This document shows positions 43,919-53,492 of a DNA stretch of 64,000 nt, one piece after another. Where the stretch lies: NCBI GenBank assembly GCA_028867035.1, contig JAGWHB010000006.1, positions 23,918 to 87,917 of the forward strand, given 5' to 3'. The notes beneath the pieces are model-generated. The model was not told the DNA's origin and made no database searches. It saw only the letters and a list, made by a program, of their open reading frames with translations. Positions within the stretch are counted from its first letter, which is position 1. Every line of letters begins with the position of its first letter. The position numbers and the translations under genes were made by a program. The DNA comes from Nitrososphaerota archaeon (GTDB lineage: Archaea > Thermoproteota > Nitrososphaeria > Nitrososphaerales > Gagatemarchaeaceae).

Positions 43919-45142
43919 ATGCTCATTATGTCGAACGGTGTCGCACAGCAGTTTTGTGCAGAGTCAGCCTGCCCCTCGACGCGGAAGCCAGGCCTCGATT
44001 TCGGAGATTTTGATGGGGCCAAGAAATCTAGGCTCTATCCCGCTCTATCGATGGTTTCGCGGACATGTCATGTAGATGACCTCATTGCTGCGTGCTGGGC
44101 AATTGTTTGGCCAAAGCACAAACGCCACTTGGACTCCTGGCCAGGGAAAGGATTAATCGCGCTTCGTTATGCCATCGAGTGGTTGGATAAGCTCGACATC
44201 AAGATATTCAAGAGCTTACTCAGCGGACCGGATAAGTTCTCGCCACACGCGGACACGCGAAAGTCGTTTCTATCCGTTGCGAGGGAGCTCGGAGTTGACG
44301 AAGGTACCGTCAGAGGCAGGCTGAAGAGGCTCGAAGAAGATGGTTTTCTCAGAGGCTGGCACGTCATGATAAACCCCGGCGCAACATCGAAGTTGGACGT
44401 GTCGCTGAGGGTCGAAGTGCTGCCGCCCTCATCCAAGGATGATGTGATAAAGAAGATACGGCTCCTTGGCGGAGTCTACCTGATTCGAAGTTACCATGGG
44501 AGCGCCCTCGCTGTCGAGCTGAGCTGCGACGACGAATATTCTATGGAGAAGACCACTGGCCTGATCTCCAGGATCGCCAACGCGGACTCTGTGGTTCGGT
44601 TGGTCGTGGCCCCCGGGGCTGGTCCGTTCAGATTAGATTCTGACGATTTGGCGATCATAAAATCCATGCTAGACTCTCCGCGGAAACCGTTTGACAAGAT
44701 AGCCATCGAGACAGGTCTCTCTCCAAAGAAAGTCATGAGGAAGTTCCAGAGGATGACAGACGCAGGAGTCCTCCTTGTGGTGCGGAGTCTGGACTACAAG
44801 AAATTGAAGGGGATGATAGCGGGGAACCTGCGGGTGATCTACGACGCGCCTCACTCAAAAAGTCGTGTGGATAAGGAGGTATACGCGATTTTGGGGGAGC
44901 GTGTGTTGGTCTCCCACCTCAGGTCCCCGGACCATGTGGCATTCTCAGTCATGCTGGAGAACCTGTCGGAGCAAGGCCAGATTCTGAATGCTTTGAAGGA
45001 GATTGAGGGCGTCGGCAAGGCATATCTCGACCTGATTGAAGACACGGTCGAGGTCTACAGCACATTCAGGCAGCAGGTCGAGCTCATGTCCACTGAAGCG
45101 AAGCTTGTCAGTCAGCCGACCCGCGAAGGTAGATTAGCCTAG
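43919..45142 (+). CDS. Tandem (double) Lrp/AsnC-type regulator: two HTH + RAM modules in one polypeptide
   Basis: Module 1: LDKLDIKIFKSLL..VARELGVDEGTVRGRLKRLEEDGFLRG. Module 2: LDSDDLAIIKSML..IAIETGLSPKKVMRKFQRMTDAGVL. The true start is probably downstream (ATG 44051 or TTG 44183). Confidence 0.75.
   Translation: MLIMSNGVAQQFCAESACPSTRKPGLDFGDFDGAKKSRLYPALSMVSRTCHVDDLIAACWAIVWPKHKRHLDSWPGKGLIALRYAIEWLDKLDIKIFKSLLSGPDKFSPHADTRKSFLSVARELGVDEGTVRGRLKRLEEDGFLRGWHVMINPGATSKLDVSLRVEVLPPSSKDDVIKKIRLLGGVYLIRSYHGSALAVELSCDDEYSMEKTTGLISRIANADSVVRLVVAPGAGPFRLDSDDLAIIKSMLDSPRKPFDKIAIETGLSPKKVMRKFQRMTDAGVLLVVRSLDYKKLKGMIAGNLRVIYDAPHSKSRVDKEVYAILGERVLVSHLRSPDHVAFSVMLENLSEQGQILNALKEIEGVGKAYLDLIEDTVEVYSTFRQQVELMSTEAKLVSQPTREGRLA
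44075..44100 (+). repeat. 26-nt direct repeat, copy B (GATGACCTCATTGCTGCGTGCTGGGC)
   Basis: 24/26 identical to 41642-41667. Lies upstream of, or in the doubtful 5' extension of, the tandem-Lrp gene. Confidence 0.7.
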
Positions 45143-45735
45143 GGCGGGGCCTTGACTATGACCTTGCCCTGCATGAATCCGTGATAGATGCAGCTGTAAA
45201 GCACGGTGCCGGGCTGGGTGAAGGTGAACGTGAAAGTCGACCCCGGTTTCATGTCGCCCGAGTCAAAGAAGGAGCCTGAGTACACCGAGACCGTGTGAGT
45301 GACGGTGTCATTGTTGACCCACTTGACTGTGTTGTTCACTCCTATGACCAGGGTTATCACGCCCGGGACGTAGCCGTAGGTCGGCGGGCTTCCGTTCGGC
45401 GGCACACCGGCCCCGGAGGGCATCACGACCAGTACCGTCTGAATCGTCTGGGTCGAGCTGATTGACGACGAAATGCTGCTGATAGAAGTGGTTGACGAAC
45501 TGATGACGAAGGTGGAAGAGGTGGAGCCCGAAGACGTCTGTGAGGTCGCTGTCGAAAAGGTTGCAGGCGACAGGCTGCTCGTCGTTGTGGACGTGCTCTT
45601 CGAAGGCGTGTTCCCGCCCTGGGTACTTGGGAAGAAGGAGTAGTAGCCTACCGCACCCACTACGAGTACGGCTACAACCACTATTGCGATGACGGCGGTC
45701 GAGATCCCGGCTCTCTCTTCTACCGGACGGACCAT
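45139..45735 (-). CDS. Membrane-anchored cupredoxin (plastocyanin/halocyanin-like blue copper protein)
   Basis: 198 aa. N-terminal anchor AGISTAVIAIVVVAVLVVGAVG and a long Ser/Thr linker. Type-1 Cu ligands: THTV .. YSCIYHGFMQGKV. Confidence 0.8.
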   Translation of the reverse strand: MVRPVEERAGISTAVIAIVVVAVLVVGAVGYYSFFPSTQGGNTPSKSTSTTTSSLSPATFSTATSQTSSGSTSSTFVISSSTTSISSISSSISSTQTIQTVLVVMPSGAGVPPNGSPPTYGYVPGVITLVIGVNNTVKWVNNDTVTHTVSVYSGSFFDSGDMKPGSTFTFTFTQPGTVLYSCIYHGFMQGKVIVKAPP

Positions 45736-45846
45736 GGTGGCTCACAAATCAGGTTCCGATTTAACTCCCCCCTGAAGATGAATCCGTTTTTCGGAACCTG
45801 CGTGGGGACAAGGACGACCATTTCGGAGGCTGTTTCCGAGTGGGAC

Positions 45847-46449
45847 CTACGGCCGCCTGCCCGCCAAGATTTTGACTGCTTCCGATGATTTCGTCGACTT
45901 TGCGCCTACCCCTTTCATCTCGGCCAGGGCCCTGTCCCCGTCCCCGGGGATGACGTCGACGGCGCTTATGCAGTCTCCGAGGACGGTCACAGAGAACCCC
46001 GCGGCCCGCGCGTCCAGCGTCGTCTGCTTGACGCAGTAGTCGGTGGCCAGGCCGCCAAGGAACAGGTCTTCCGTCCCAAGCTTGTTCAGCCGAGCGGCGA
46101 GGTCGGTCCCCTGGAAGCCCGAATATGCCTCTTCTTTCGGCCTATCCCCTTTGCTGATTATGGTTGCACCAAGGGGTATCCTGAGGTCAGGATGGAACTC
46201 CGCGCCCTCCGTCCCTTGGATGCAGTGTGGCGGCCAGGTGCCTCCCTGGCTCTTGAAGGAAACGTGGTTCGGGGGGTGCCAGTCTCTGGTGAAGAAGATC
46301 GGGAGTTTGATTTTTTCAAATGCGACTATGGTTCTGTTCAGGCCAGGAACTACTTTGTCCCCCTCCCTGACGGCGAGAGTTCCTCCTGGACAGAAGTCCC
46401 GCTGCACGTCCACGACTACTAGCGCGGCTCGCAGAACCGTCACCTCCAA
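45847..46449 (-). CDS. pncA: Nicotinamidase/pyrazinamidase (isochorismatase family)
   Basis: VVDVQRDFCPGG, TRDWHPPNHVSF, GLATDYCV (Cys nucleophile). Overlaps the pncB 3' end. Confidence 0.88.
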   Translation of the reverse strand: MEVTVLRAALVVVDVQRDFCPGGTLAVREGDKVVPGLNRTIVAFEKIKLPIFFTRDWHPPNHVSFKSQGGTWPPHCIQGTEGAEFHPDLRIPLGATIISKGDRPKEEAYSGFQGTDLAARLNKLGTEDLFLGGLATDYCVKQTTLDARAAGFSVTVLGDCISAVDVIPGDGDRALAEMKGVGAKSTKSSEAVKILAGRRP

Positions 46450-47660
46450 TGCAACGATGGGATGGCGGACCTGAGACTCTCCAAGTCGCTCATGACTCTG
46501 GACCTGACGCCATCGATGCTTTGGAAGTCTCCGATGAGTTTGCCGTTCTTCAGGAGTGGCTTGAGCATGGGAGACGCTTGGTTCTTCTTGAGGGAGCCCT
46601 CGAGGGCGACGAAGTCCTTGAATCCTGCCGACCTGTAGACGGCCTTGCGCCCGCCGAGCCCGCCCCGCTTCGCCCTGAACTCCCTCTTCTTGCCGTCGCT
46701 GACCTCCACGATCTTCGCGCTCAGGTCGATGACCGGCGGGTAGGCGACGGCGGTGCCGATCCCGTAACCATCCACCACAGGGCCGAGCTTGGCGATGGCC
46801 TCCTCATCCAGGCGGCCTGACGCTATGACCTTGACCCTCTTTCCTCCGCGTATGTCCAGCTCCCACCTTACCTCCTCGGCGATCTTGACGAAGTCGCCCC
46901 GCCTGGAGGCCGGTGTGTCCAGCCTCACCCCCCAAAGCTTGGGGCCAAGGACCTCGAAGGCCCTGATCGACTCCGCCTTCTCGTCCCAGAACGTGTCAAC
47001 CAGGGCGACTCTTGGGGTGCCCCGGGGGATGGTCTCGTCGAAGAGGCGCCAGGCCCTCTCCTGGCTGCCGAGTACCTGCACCAGAGCGTGGGGCATCGTC
47101 CCCGAAGGCTCCAGCTTCAGGAGCTTCGCACCCAGGACGTTCGAGACCCCGTCGAAGCCGGCGATGTAGCACGCCCTCTCGACCATCGGTGCGAGGGCAG
47201 GGTGCACCCTCCGCGTCCCGAAGCTCAGCAGGAGCTTGGAGCCCGCTGCAATCCTGAACTTCGCTGCCCTCGTGGACACGCTTGTGGAGGAGGAGAGCAG
47301 GCCGAGGAGCGGGTTCTCGTACTCGACGAAGTCCGAGTATCTCCCTTCGATGACCATGAGCGGCTCGTACATGGCCGTGCTCCTGTCGGCCACGAAGACA
47401 GAGCCTTCTTCGAAGGCCCAGACGTCGACGGGGAGCCCCTCCAGGAGCTTGGCAGCCTCGTAGACCCCGGTCAGTATCCCCCAGTTGTCAGGGTAGGGGA
47501 CGTCTCGCGCATAGACCTCCATCACCACGCGTGTGTCTATGTTGTTCTTCTGCAGGACCTTCTTCGTGTGGAGGAAGTAGGCATCGGTGGTAGCGGCGTC
47601 TCTGATCTCCTTCTCGCTGGCGAGCCAGAAGAGCCTGTCGTCGAGGTCCCTGCGGGGCAT
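46440..47660 (-). CDS. pncB: Nicotinate phosphoribosyltransferase (archaeal type)
   Basis: 406 aa. TDAYFLHTKKVL.., typical archaeal NAPRTase length and layout. In an operon with pncA. Confidence 0.85.
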   Translation of the reverse strand: MPRRDLDDRLFWLASEKEIRDAATTDAYFLHTKKVLQKNNIDTRVVMEVYARDVPYPDNWGILTGVYEAAKLLEGLPVDVWAFEEGSVFVADRSTAMYEPLMVIEGRYSDFVEYENPLLGLLSSSTSVSTRAAKFRIAAGSKLLLSFGTRRVHPALAPMVERACYIAGFDGVSNVLGAKLLKLEPSGTMPHALVQVLGSQERAWRLFDETIPRGTPRVALVDTFWDEKAESIRAFEVLGPKLWGVRLDTPASRRGDFVKIAEEVRWELDIRGGKRVKVIASGRLDEEAIAKLGPVVDGYGIGTAVAYPPVIDLSAKIVEVSDGKKREFRAKRGGLGGRKAVYRSAGFKDFVALEGSLKKNQASPMLKPLLKNGKLIGDFQSIDGVRSRVMSDLESLRSAIPSLHWR

Positions 47661-47764
47661 GGCTGTTGATCGGCCTAGGGGAGTGCGGCAAAAGGGTTTC
47701 TCCGGTTGAGATGAGAGGAGCCGCGAACCCTTAAACTAGGAAAGGCCCGAGGGCGCAATCCGGT

Positions 47765-47837
47765 GGGCCGGTAGTTCAGCGGTACGAACGTCCGCCTCGC
47801 ACGCGGAAGGTCGGGGGTTCAATTCCCCCCCGGTCCA
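47765..47837 (+). tRNA. tRNA-Ala: tRNA-Ala (anticodon CGC)
   Basis: Hand-folded cloverleaf. Acceptor GGGCCGG/CCGGTCC with the G3:U70 Ala identity pair. D arm GTTC-AGCGGTAC-GAAC. Anticodon arm TCCGC-CTCGCAC-GCGGA. T arm GGGGG-TTCAATT-CCCCC. Discriminator A. No encoded CCA. A T-run (CTTTTG) follows. A TTAAAC box lies about 30 nt upstream. Confidence 0.93.
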
Positions 47838-48007
47838 CTTTTGAGAGCTTTGGTTGCGTTCAAGTGCTCCCGGGTTATGCCTATCCTGGCAGATGCGGGA
47901 TTGGAGGGTCGGTCGTTTCGCCGCGTCCGTCAGCCAAAGAAGAGCGACTCGGGCGGTTCCATTTCGCTGGATCCGATGGCAGGTTTCAGGTATTTGTCGA
48001 CGGCGGT

Positions 48008-48973
48008 CTACTGGGCCACGATCTGAGGCTGGGTCTCCTCGAGACCGAGCTGTTTGCCCAGGTCGGCGCGCAGGCCCTTGTACCTGTTCCTCACGGTGAC
48101 CTCTGTGACCCCTGCCGCCTCTGCGATGTCTTTCTGCGTCTTGACCTCTCCCAGGATGACGCCGGCGAGGTAGAGGGACGCAGCTGCCAGGCCCATGGGG
48201 GACTTGCCGGCGGAGATCTCCTTCTCCTCGGTTATCCTCACGATTTCGATTGCCTTGCGTGCGACCTTCTCCGAGAGCCCGACCCTGGACGCAATCCTGT
48301 TGACGTTCCTGGCCGCGTCGGCCACGGGCATCGTCATGTCCATCTCTCTGAGGAGGATGCGGTAGTCGCGCGCCACCGACTTCTTGTTGAGGTTGTTGGC
48401 CGCTGCGATGTCCTTGAGGGTCCTCGGTGTCTCTGTGTCCCTCATGGCTGCGTAGAGGGCGGCCGCCGATATGCCGATTATCGATCGTCCTCTGAGAAGG
48501 CCTCTTTCGAGCGCCTTCCTGTAGATGTATGCCGCGCGTTCCTTGACTGCCTGGGAGACCCCGAGTTTCTCTGTCATCTTCTCCAGCTCGCGCAGCGCTA
48601 CGGCCAGGTTCTTCTCCTGGTTGCCGAAGGCGGGAGACCTGTGGTCCCACTTCCTCAGCCTGTCGATGGAGCTGCGCATGGGCGCGTCGAAGGCCCTGCC
48701 GGAGGCGTCCCTATTGGAGCTGCCTATCATGGTGGAGAGGCCCATGTCCCTGTAGGTGATGGAGGTCGGGGCACCTGCCCTCGCCCTGTCCTGTCCCTTC
48801 TCGTCCCCGAATGAGCGCCACTCTGGGCCCTGGTCGACGGAGTGCTCGGTGACCACGTAGCCGCAGTTGCTGCATGAAAGCTCGCCGCTGTTGGCGTCTT
48901 CTACCAGTGTCCTCTTGCCACACTGGGGGCATCTGTCCGAAACTTGAAGTGCGGATGTTCTAGGATATCTCAA
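48008..48973 (-). CDS. tfb: Transcription initiation factor IIB (TFB)
   Basis: 321 aa. N-terminal Zn ribbon CPQCG..CSNCGY, B-finger/linker, and two cyclin-fold repeats (..RGRSIIGISAAALYAA.., ..GKSPMGLAAASLYLAG..). Confidence 0.95.
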   Translation of the reverse strand: MRYPRTSALQVSDRCPQCGKRTLVEDANSGELSCSNCGYVVTEHSVDQGPEWRSFGDEKGQDRARAGAPTSITYRDMGLSTMIGSSNRDASGRAFDAPMRSSIDRLRKWDHRSPAFGNQEKNLAVALRELEKMTEKLGVSQAVKERAAYIYRKALERGLLRGRSIIGISAAALYAAMRDTETPRTLKDIAAANNLNKKSVARDYRILLREMDMTMPVADAARNVNRIASRVGLSEKVARKAIEIVRITEEKEISAGKSPMGLAAASLYLAGVILGEVKTQKDIAEAAGVTEVTVRNRYKGLRADLGKQLGLEETQPQIVAQ

Positions 48974-49008
48974 CTATTGCTCACTATACAACCAAGGGGG
49001 TACATCCC

Positions 49009-49016
49009 TATATAAA
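49009..49016 (-). promoter_or_regulatory. TATA box (TTTATATA) of the tfb promoter
   Basis: The minus strand reads ACTTTATATAGGG, about 39 nt upstream of the TTG start, inside an AT-rich intergenic patch. Confidence 0.45.
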
Positions 49017-49109
49017 GTAGTAGTATTCCCGTAGTTAGTTGGTGTTGCAGAGCTTACCAATAGAATATGTTTCTATAGAATTGTGAGGGCCGAGCCCTGA
49101 AGCAGGGGG

Positions 49110-51458
49110 TCAGGTCTGGCCTGAAGAAAGGACGACGATGTTCCCCCCGCCCAGTTGCCCGGACGCCGAGTATCCGTTCGAGAGGCTGATAGAGAAGGCG
49201 TCTCCCGAGGCGGTCGCCTGATTCCCGAAGACCTGGACCGTGAATGTGACCAAGGTCGTCGACGTGCCGTCGTCGAGGGTGGCAGTCCCCGTGAAGGTAG
49301 CCTGGCTGCCCGTTATGGTGAACGATCCTATCGAATCCGAGGTGACCAGGACCGAGCTCCCCTGGTCGAGGTACTTCAGCGACCCCTGCAGCCCGGCGCT
49401 CGTGCTGTCTATCCTGAAGTTGAAGTGGTCGCTCTTGCCTGAAGCGCCAGCTATGAAGCCTGCCCCCGTGGCCCTGCCAAGGGAGGGCCCGAACAGAGAC
49501 GGGCCGGCGGTCTGCCTGGTGAAGTCGGTCTGCGTCCGTCCATCGGTGGTGTTCACGTCGTGGACGAACACCATGTTAGCCATGCCGTTGGCGTCGACGG
49601 TGAAGCTGGAGTACTCTGCCAGGTTTCTCGTGCCGCTGGGGCAGGCCGTGCCCTGGTTGCAGATGGCTCCGATGTGGACCACGCCGTCGGGTAGGTCAGG
49701 GCCGCCGCTGGCCACAGTCTGGTAGAAGGTCGGCGACGAAGCCATGGCGTCAGGCGTCACGGCGTAGAATATCTTCCAGCCGGCGCTGGCGAACGCTGAG
49801 AAGTTGTCAGGGCTGTTCGCCTTCACGTTGGTCCCGTACCACATCACGCCGACCCTTCCGTTGTCTCCTGCCTGGAGCCAGGGCTCCACGGCGGTGACGG
49901 TCTCTGGGCCGTTGTTCACCTTGACCGGGAGGGTCCAGGTGTGCCCGCCGTCGGAGGATCCTATCAGGAAGACGTCCGTGCCGTCGCTCCACGCGACGTA
50001 GGTGTTACCCGCCCTGTCCACGGCGACCTGGGGGAATACGCTGGCGGTCGACATGTTGCTGGGGCCCTTGAACGCCCTGGTCTGGGTGAACGACGAGAGG
50101 GAAGCGGGAGAGAGAGGGAGGAGGGGGAGGTTGCATGGGGTCTGGCACTTGACCAGCTGGATCTGGTTCGGGGAAGGCCCGATGTAGGCGTTGTAGAGGG
50201 AGCCGTCGGGGCCGGTCGCCACTGGTCCCTGGAATATCGAGATGTTGGTCCCTAGGGCCTTGCCCATGAAAGCCCCGTTGGTGAAAGTAAGGCCGCCGTT
50301 CGTCGACTGGAGCATCACCAGGTTGGTCGCTCCTGCCACCTCGGCTCCAAGGTCGTTGTATGTGATCCAGTAGTTGGAGGTGCCCTCGGCCGCGCTCCAC
50401 TGCCTGTCGTCGAGGGGGACAGTGGTCTGGCTGGTCAGCCAGTGGGTCCCCTGTGTTATCGAGTTGGCGACTGTGATCGACTCGGGGAAGGGATTGACTC
50501 CCAGTCCGTCCCAGAAGAGCGACGACAGATAGATCCTCCCCGTCGAGTTGAGGACCTGGCGGTTGCTCGCGTTCAGCAGCACGAAGGGAGAGCCGAGGGC
50601 GAGGTCCTCGTCCCCGCCTCCAAGGCCCCCGATTGTCTGGGAGCTGATGGTGGACGTCTGGGCTCCGTCGGGCTGGCCCAGATACTGGAACGTGGTCCCG
50701 CCGTCGGTTGAGCGCCAGAAGTCAGTCCCGCCCGGCGTCCCCTGGATGGCTGCCGCGTAGATCGTCCCGAACTGGTCTATCTTGATCCCGGGCTCTAGGT
50801 CCTGGGAACAGAGCTGCAACCCCGCCGCGGAGATCTCGCACCCACCGTTGAGCGCGCCGACCAGCGGGAGGTCTGGGGTGAACGTGTAGGGCTTGCCTGC
50901 GGATTTGCCCGCGGTGTCATCGACGTAGGTCCCGGACCTTGTGGGGAAGCTGTACGGAGGAGGCGTCAGGCCGAGCACCGCCACGCCCGAGTAAGGAGTG
51001 TTCGGTGGGACCGCCCAGTTGGTGGCATAGACCTGGTAGTAACCGTGATGTGCGTGGCTGATCAGGACGTTCTCGTAGCTCGTGCCCGAGCCCAGGGTGC
51101 CTGAGCCGATTTGGGTGCCGTTGTAGTAGACGTAAATGTCGTAGTCATAGCTAGTGTTAGCCCAGGTGATTGTGATGTTGAGGAAGTAGTTCGGGTAGGT
51201 GAGGGCGAAGTTTGACGGGATATTCAGGTCGAGGGTGAACAGGTCGCAGTAGCCAGAGGCCTGGCAGGTGGTGGGGTCGAACGGCGAGGACAGGCCAATG
51301 GTGGGGTTCGGGACGTTCGCCGTCCCGCCCCACTGCACGACGGTGTTGGTCGGGGTCAGGGTCCCCGACGATGGATTGGAAGCGTAAGCACCGGCGGAAG
51401 TGAAGACGACGAAAGACAGCAGGGCCGCGACGAGGAGAGCGTTGACTTTCGCCCGCAC
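49110..51458 (-). CDS. Large secreted BNR/Asp-box repeat (sialidase-fold beta-propeller-like) protein
   Basis: 782 aa. Signal peptide MRAKVNALLVAALLSFVVFTSAGAYA. Asp-boxes: STDGGTTF, STNGGLTF, SSDGGHTW. Confidence 0.8.
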   Translation of the reverse strand: MRAKVNALLVAALLSFVVFTSAGAYASNPSSGTLTPTNTVVQWGGTANVPNPTIGLSSPFDPTTCQASGYCDLFTLDLNIPSNFALTYPNYFLNITITWANTSYDYDIYVYYNGTQIGSGTLGSGTSYENVLISHAHHGYYQVYATNWAVPPNTPYSGVAVLGLTPPPYSFPTRSGTYVDDTAGKSAGKPYTFTPDLPLVGALNGGCEISAAGLQLCSQDLEPGIKIDQFGTIYAAAIQGTPGGTDFWRSTDGGTTFQYLGQPDGAQTSTISSQTIGGLGGGDEDLALGSPFVLLNASNRQVLNSTGRIYLSSLFWDGLGVNPFPESITVANSITQGTHWLTSQTTVPLDDRQWSAAEGTSNYWITYNDLGAEVAGATNLVMLQSTNGGLTFTNGAFMGKALGTNISIFQGPVATGPDGSLYNAYIGPSPNQIQLVKCQTPCNLPLLPLSPASLSSFTQTRAFKGPSNMSTASVFPQVAVDRAGNTYVAWSDGTDVFLIGSSDGGHTWTLPVKVNNGPETVTAVEPWLQAGDNGRVGVMWYGTNVKANSPDNFSAFASAGWKIFYAVTPDAMASSPTFYQTVASGGPDLPDGVVHIGAICNQGTACPSGTRNLAEYSSFTVDANGMANMVFVHDVNTTDGRTQTDFTRQTAGPSLFGPSLGRATGAGFIAGASGKSDHFNFRIDSTSAGLQGSLKYLDQGSSVLVTSDSIGSFTITGSQATFTGTATLDDGTSTTLVTFTVQVFGNQATASGDAFSISLSNGYSASGQLGGGNIVVLSSGQT

Positions 51459-51600
51459 TTCGAATGGCCTACTAGGATGGTTCGATTATAAATCGAGGAG
51501 TTTCAAAGAGGGAACATTGTAACTTTTTTGTTAGCGAAAATGTTTCCTAACACTTTGTCCAGGGGCGTGCTACGTCCCCCAGTGTCTCTCGGATTGGCGG

Positions 51601-51768
51601 TCAGATTCCTTTGATGTTCTTCGGTGCCTGACCCCGGACCTTTCTGAAGGCACGGTATCCGCAGTTGGCGCAGGTCGGTGAAGGGAGCCGGGTGAGCTCT
51701 GCCCCCGTGACCCTGGTCCCGCACCTCAGGCATTCGTAGGTCTCGCTCGGAAGGATCTCTTCTGCCAA
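51601..51768 (-). CDS. rpoP: DNA-directed RNA polymerase subunit P (Rpo12)
   Basis: Not in the ORF track (55 aa). My translation from TTG 51768: MAEEILPSETYECLRCGTRVTGAELTRLPSPTCANCGYRAFRKVRGQAPKNIKGI. It has a CxxC..CxxC zinc ribbon and a C-terminal basic tail like Sulfolobus Rpo12. Confidence 0.75.
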   Translation of the reverse strand: MAEEILPSETYECLRCGTRVTGAELTRLPSPTCANCGYRAFRKVRGQAPKNIKGI

Positions 51769-51775
51769 CTTTCCA

Positions 51776-52243
51776 CTACCTGTGCTCCGGGTGTCCCTTC
51801 ATCCAGACCTTCTCCTCCTTCGTCGGTGTCAGCGGATGGTCCACCGTCCACAGGAACATCCTTGCCGTGGAAGGCCCCACGTGCTTGAACCTCTCCTGGA
51901 GTTCGCTCTGAAGCCTGGCCTCGCCCCCTTTGAAAGAGTCGATGTATCCCCTGACGGAGCCGAACTCTTTCTCCATGGAGAGGACCGCCCTGGCGTTCTC
52001 GACCGTGGCCCTGATCTTCTTCTCGTTCCTGACAATCCCCTGGTCCTTCATGAGCGCTCTGATTTCCTTCTCCGTGAGCTTCGCCACCTTCGCGGGGGAG
52101 AAACCGGAGAACGCCTTCCGGAATGCGGGCCATTTGTTCTCGACCATCTTCCAATTGAGCCCTGCCGTGAAGATCGCTTTGGACAGGCGCTCGAGATAGT
52201 CCGAGTCGTCCTTCGGGGGAGACGGATTCCACGCTGGCGCCAT
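51776..52243 (-). CDS. tag: DNA-3-methyladenine glycosylase I (Tag) family protein
   Basis: 155 aa. AIFTAGLNWKMVENKWPAFRKAF..GIVRNEKKIRATVENA matches the Adenine_glyco pattern. Confidence 0.7.
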   Translation of the reverse strand: MAPAWNPSPPKDDSDYLERLSKAIFTAGLNWKMVENKWPAFRKAFSGFSPAKVAKLTEKEIRALMKDQGIVRNEKKIRATVENARAVLSMEKEFGSVRGYIDSFKGGEARLQSELQERFKHVGPSTARMFLWTVDHPLTPTKEEKVWMKGHPEHR

Positions 52244-52315
52244 GGAGGGTTAGTTACCTGGGTCGCTATTTATCGTCGTCGGGGATTGAAGGAGCGGAGG
52301 GGGGACCCCGCGGGT

Positions 52316-52552
52316 TCATTTCACGTGGCCGGGTTTGTGGACGATGGCGTCCAAGATCAGGCGGATGTCCTTGCCCTCCCTCCTCGACTGCTTCCTGATC
52401 TCTTCCCTCCTCCCCGGGTCCATCTTGTTCCAGTAACGCGCCAGGTCGTCCGCCACCTCGAACACATAGAATTCTCCCTGCTTGAACGGGGTCTCGCGCC
52501 CCTGCGCCACGATGGGCGCCGTACCGTCGTCCTTCACTCGTATCGAGGTCAT
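52316..52552 (-). CDS. Hypothetical small protein (78 aa)
   Basis: Balanced composition. I recognise no family. Confidence 0.45.
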   Translation of the reverse strand: MTSIRVKDDGTAPIVAQGRETPFKQGEFYVFEVADDLARYWNKMDPGRREEIRKQSRREGKDIRLILDAIVHKPGHVK

Positions 52553-52598
52553 GTGGAAGCCTTCGAAGCTTCCCGTTAAAAGCTAGGATGTCGGCCGG

Positions 52599-53492
52599 CT
52601 ACGGCTGCGGTGCGCCGCACTTCGGGCACAAGGTGGCCGTCGAAGGCATCTGGGCGCTGCACTTCGGACAGAACTTCATCCCTCCCTGGACGTCGGCGGC
52701 CGGAGCCATCGGTGCCGAGGGAGCCATGCCGGCCTGCGGCGCCGTGGTCCTGGCGACGTTCGAGAAGTAGTAGACTGTGATTGCGATGGGGAGCAAGGGC
52801 TGGTAGAAGGCCGAGAGGATTCCGCTGACTACTCCGCTGGCGGCACCGAAGGGCAGGGCTATCACGCTCACCACTATCCCCGCGATTGCCACGATTATCC
52901 CGAAGATGAGCACCAGAGCGAACGTCTTCAGCCACCTCTGGCTCACGAGCTTGCGGCTCCGCCCCATGCTTTCGAGGACCCCCGGGTTCTCGATCAAAAG
53001 CACTGGTATCGTAAGCGAGAACATTATGGCGAGGATTATCCCTGGGATGATCAATGCGATGAGTCCCAGCAGGACGATTATACCGACGATGATGCTCAGC
53101 ACCCAGATCCAGAGGAGCTTCGAGAAAGCGAAACGGATCGACCCTCCCAGGTTCGACTGGCCTTTCGTGACCTCATCCGACGTCATCTTGACGGTGCTTC
53201 CCAGGGCTATGGGATAGAACAGGAATGCCGCCAGAGTGGTAAGGGCGACGAGGGGGACCAGGGCCCCGAAGAACCCGGGGAGCCAGCTGTAGACCTGCTG
53301 GGGGGTCGGGTTGGGGATCAGAGGCGGTACGACGAAGGTACGCTGCACCAGCGCTGTGAGGACCCCGATGACCACTTCCACGACCAGGAAGAGGACCACG
53401 AATTTCGTAAAGCCCCGCTTGTACACATCGAAGGTCTTTGAAACGACCTCGCCGAGGGTCAGCTCCCTCGAAATCCCCTGCTCCTGAGACAT
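52599..53492 (-). CDS. Multi-TM membrane protein with C-terminal zinc-ribbon
   Basis: 297 aa, about 6 TM. C-terminal FCPKCSAQMPSTATLCPKCG. Confidence 0.7.
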   Translation of the reverse strand: MSQEQGISRELTLGEVVSKTFDVYKRGFTKFVVLFLVVEVVIGVLTALVQRTFVVPPLIPNPTPQQVYSWLPGFFGALVPLVALTTLAAFLFYPIALGSTVKMTSDEVTKGQSNLGGSIRFAFSKLLWIWVLSIIVGIIVLLGLIALIIPGIILAIMFSLTIPVLLIENPGVLESMGRSRKLVSQRWLKTFALVLIFGIIVAIAGIVVSVIALPFGAASGVVSGILSAFYQPLLPIAITVYYFSNVARTTAPQAGMAPSAPMAPAADVQGGMKFCPKCSAQMPSTATLCPKCGAPQP

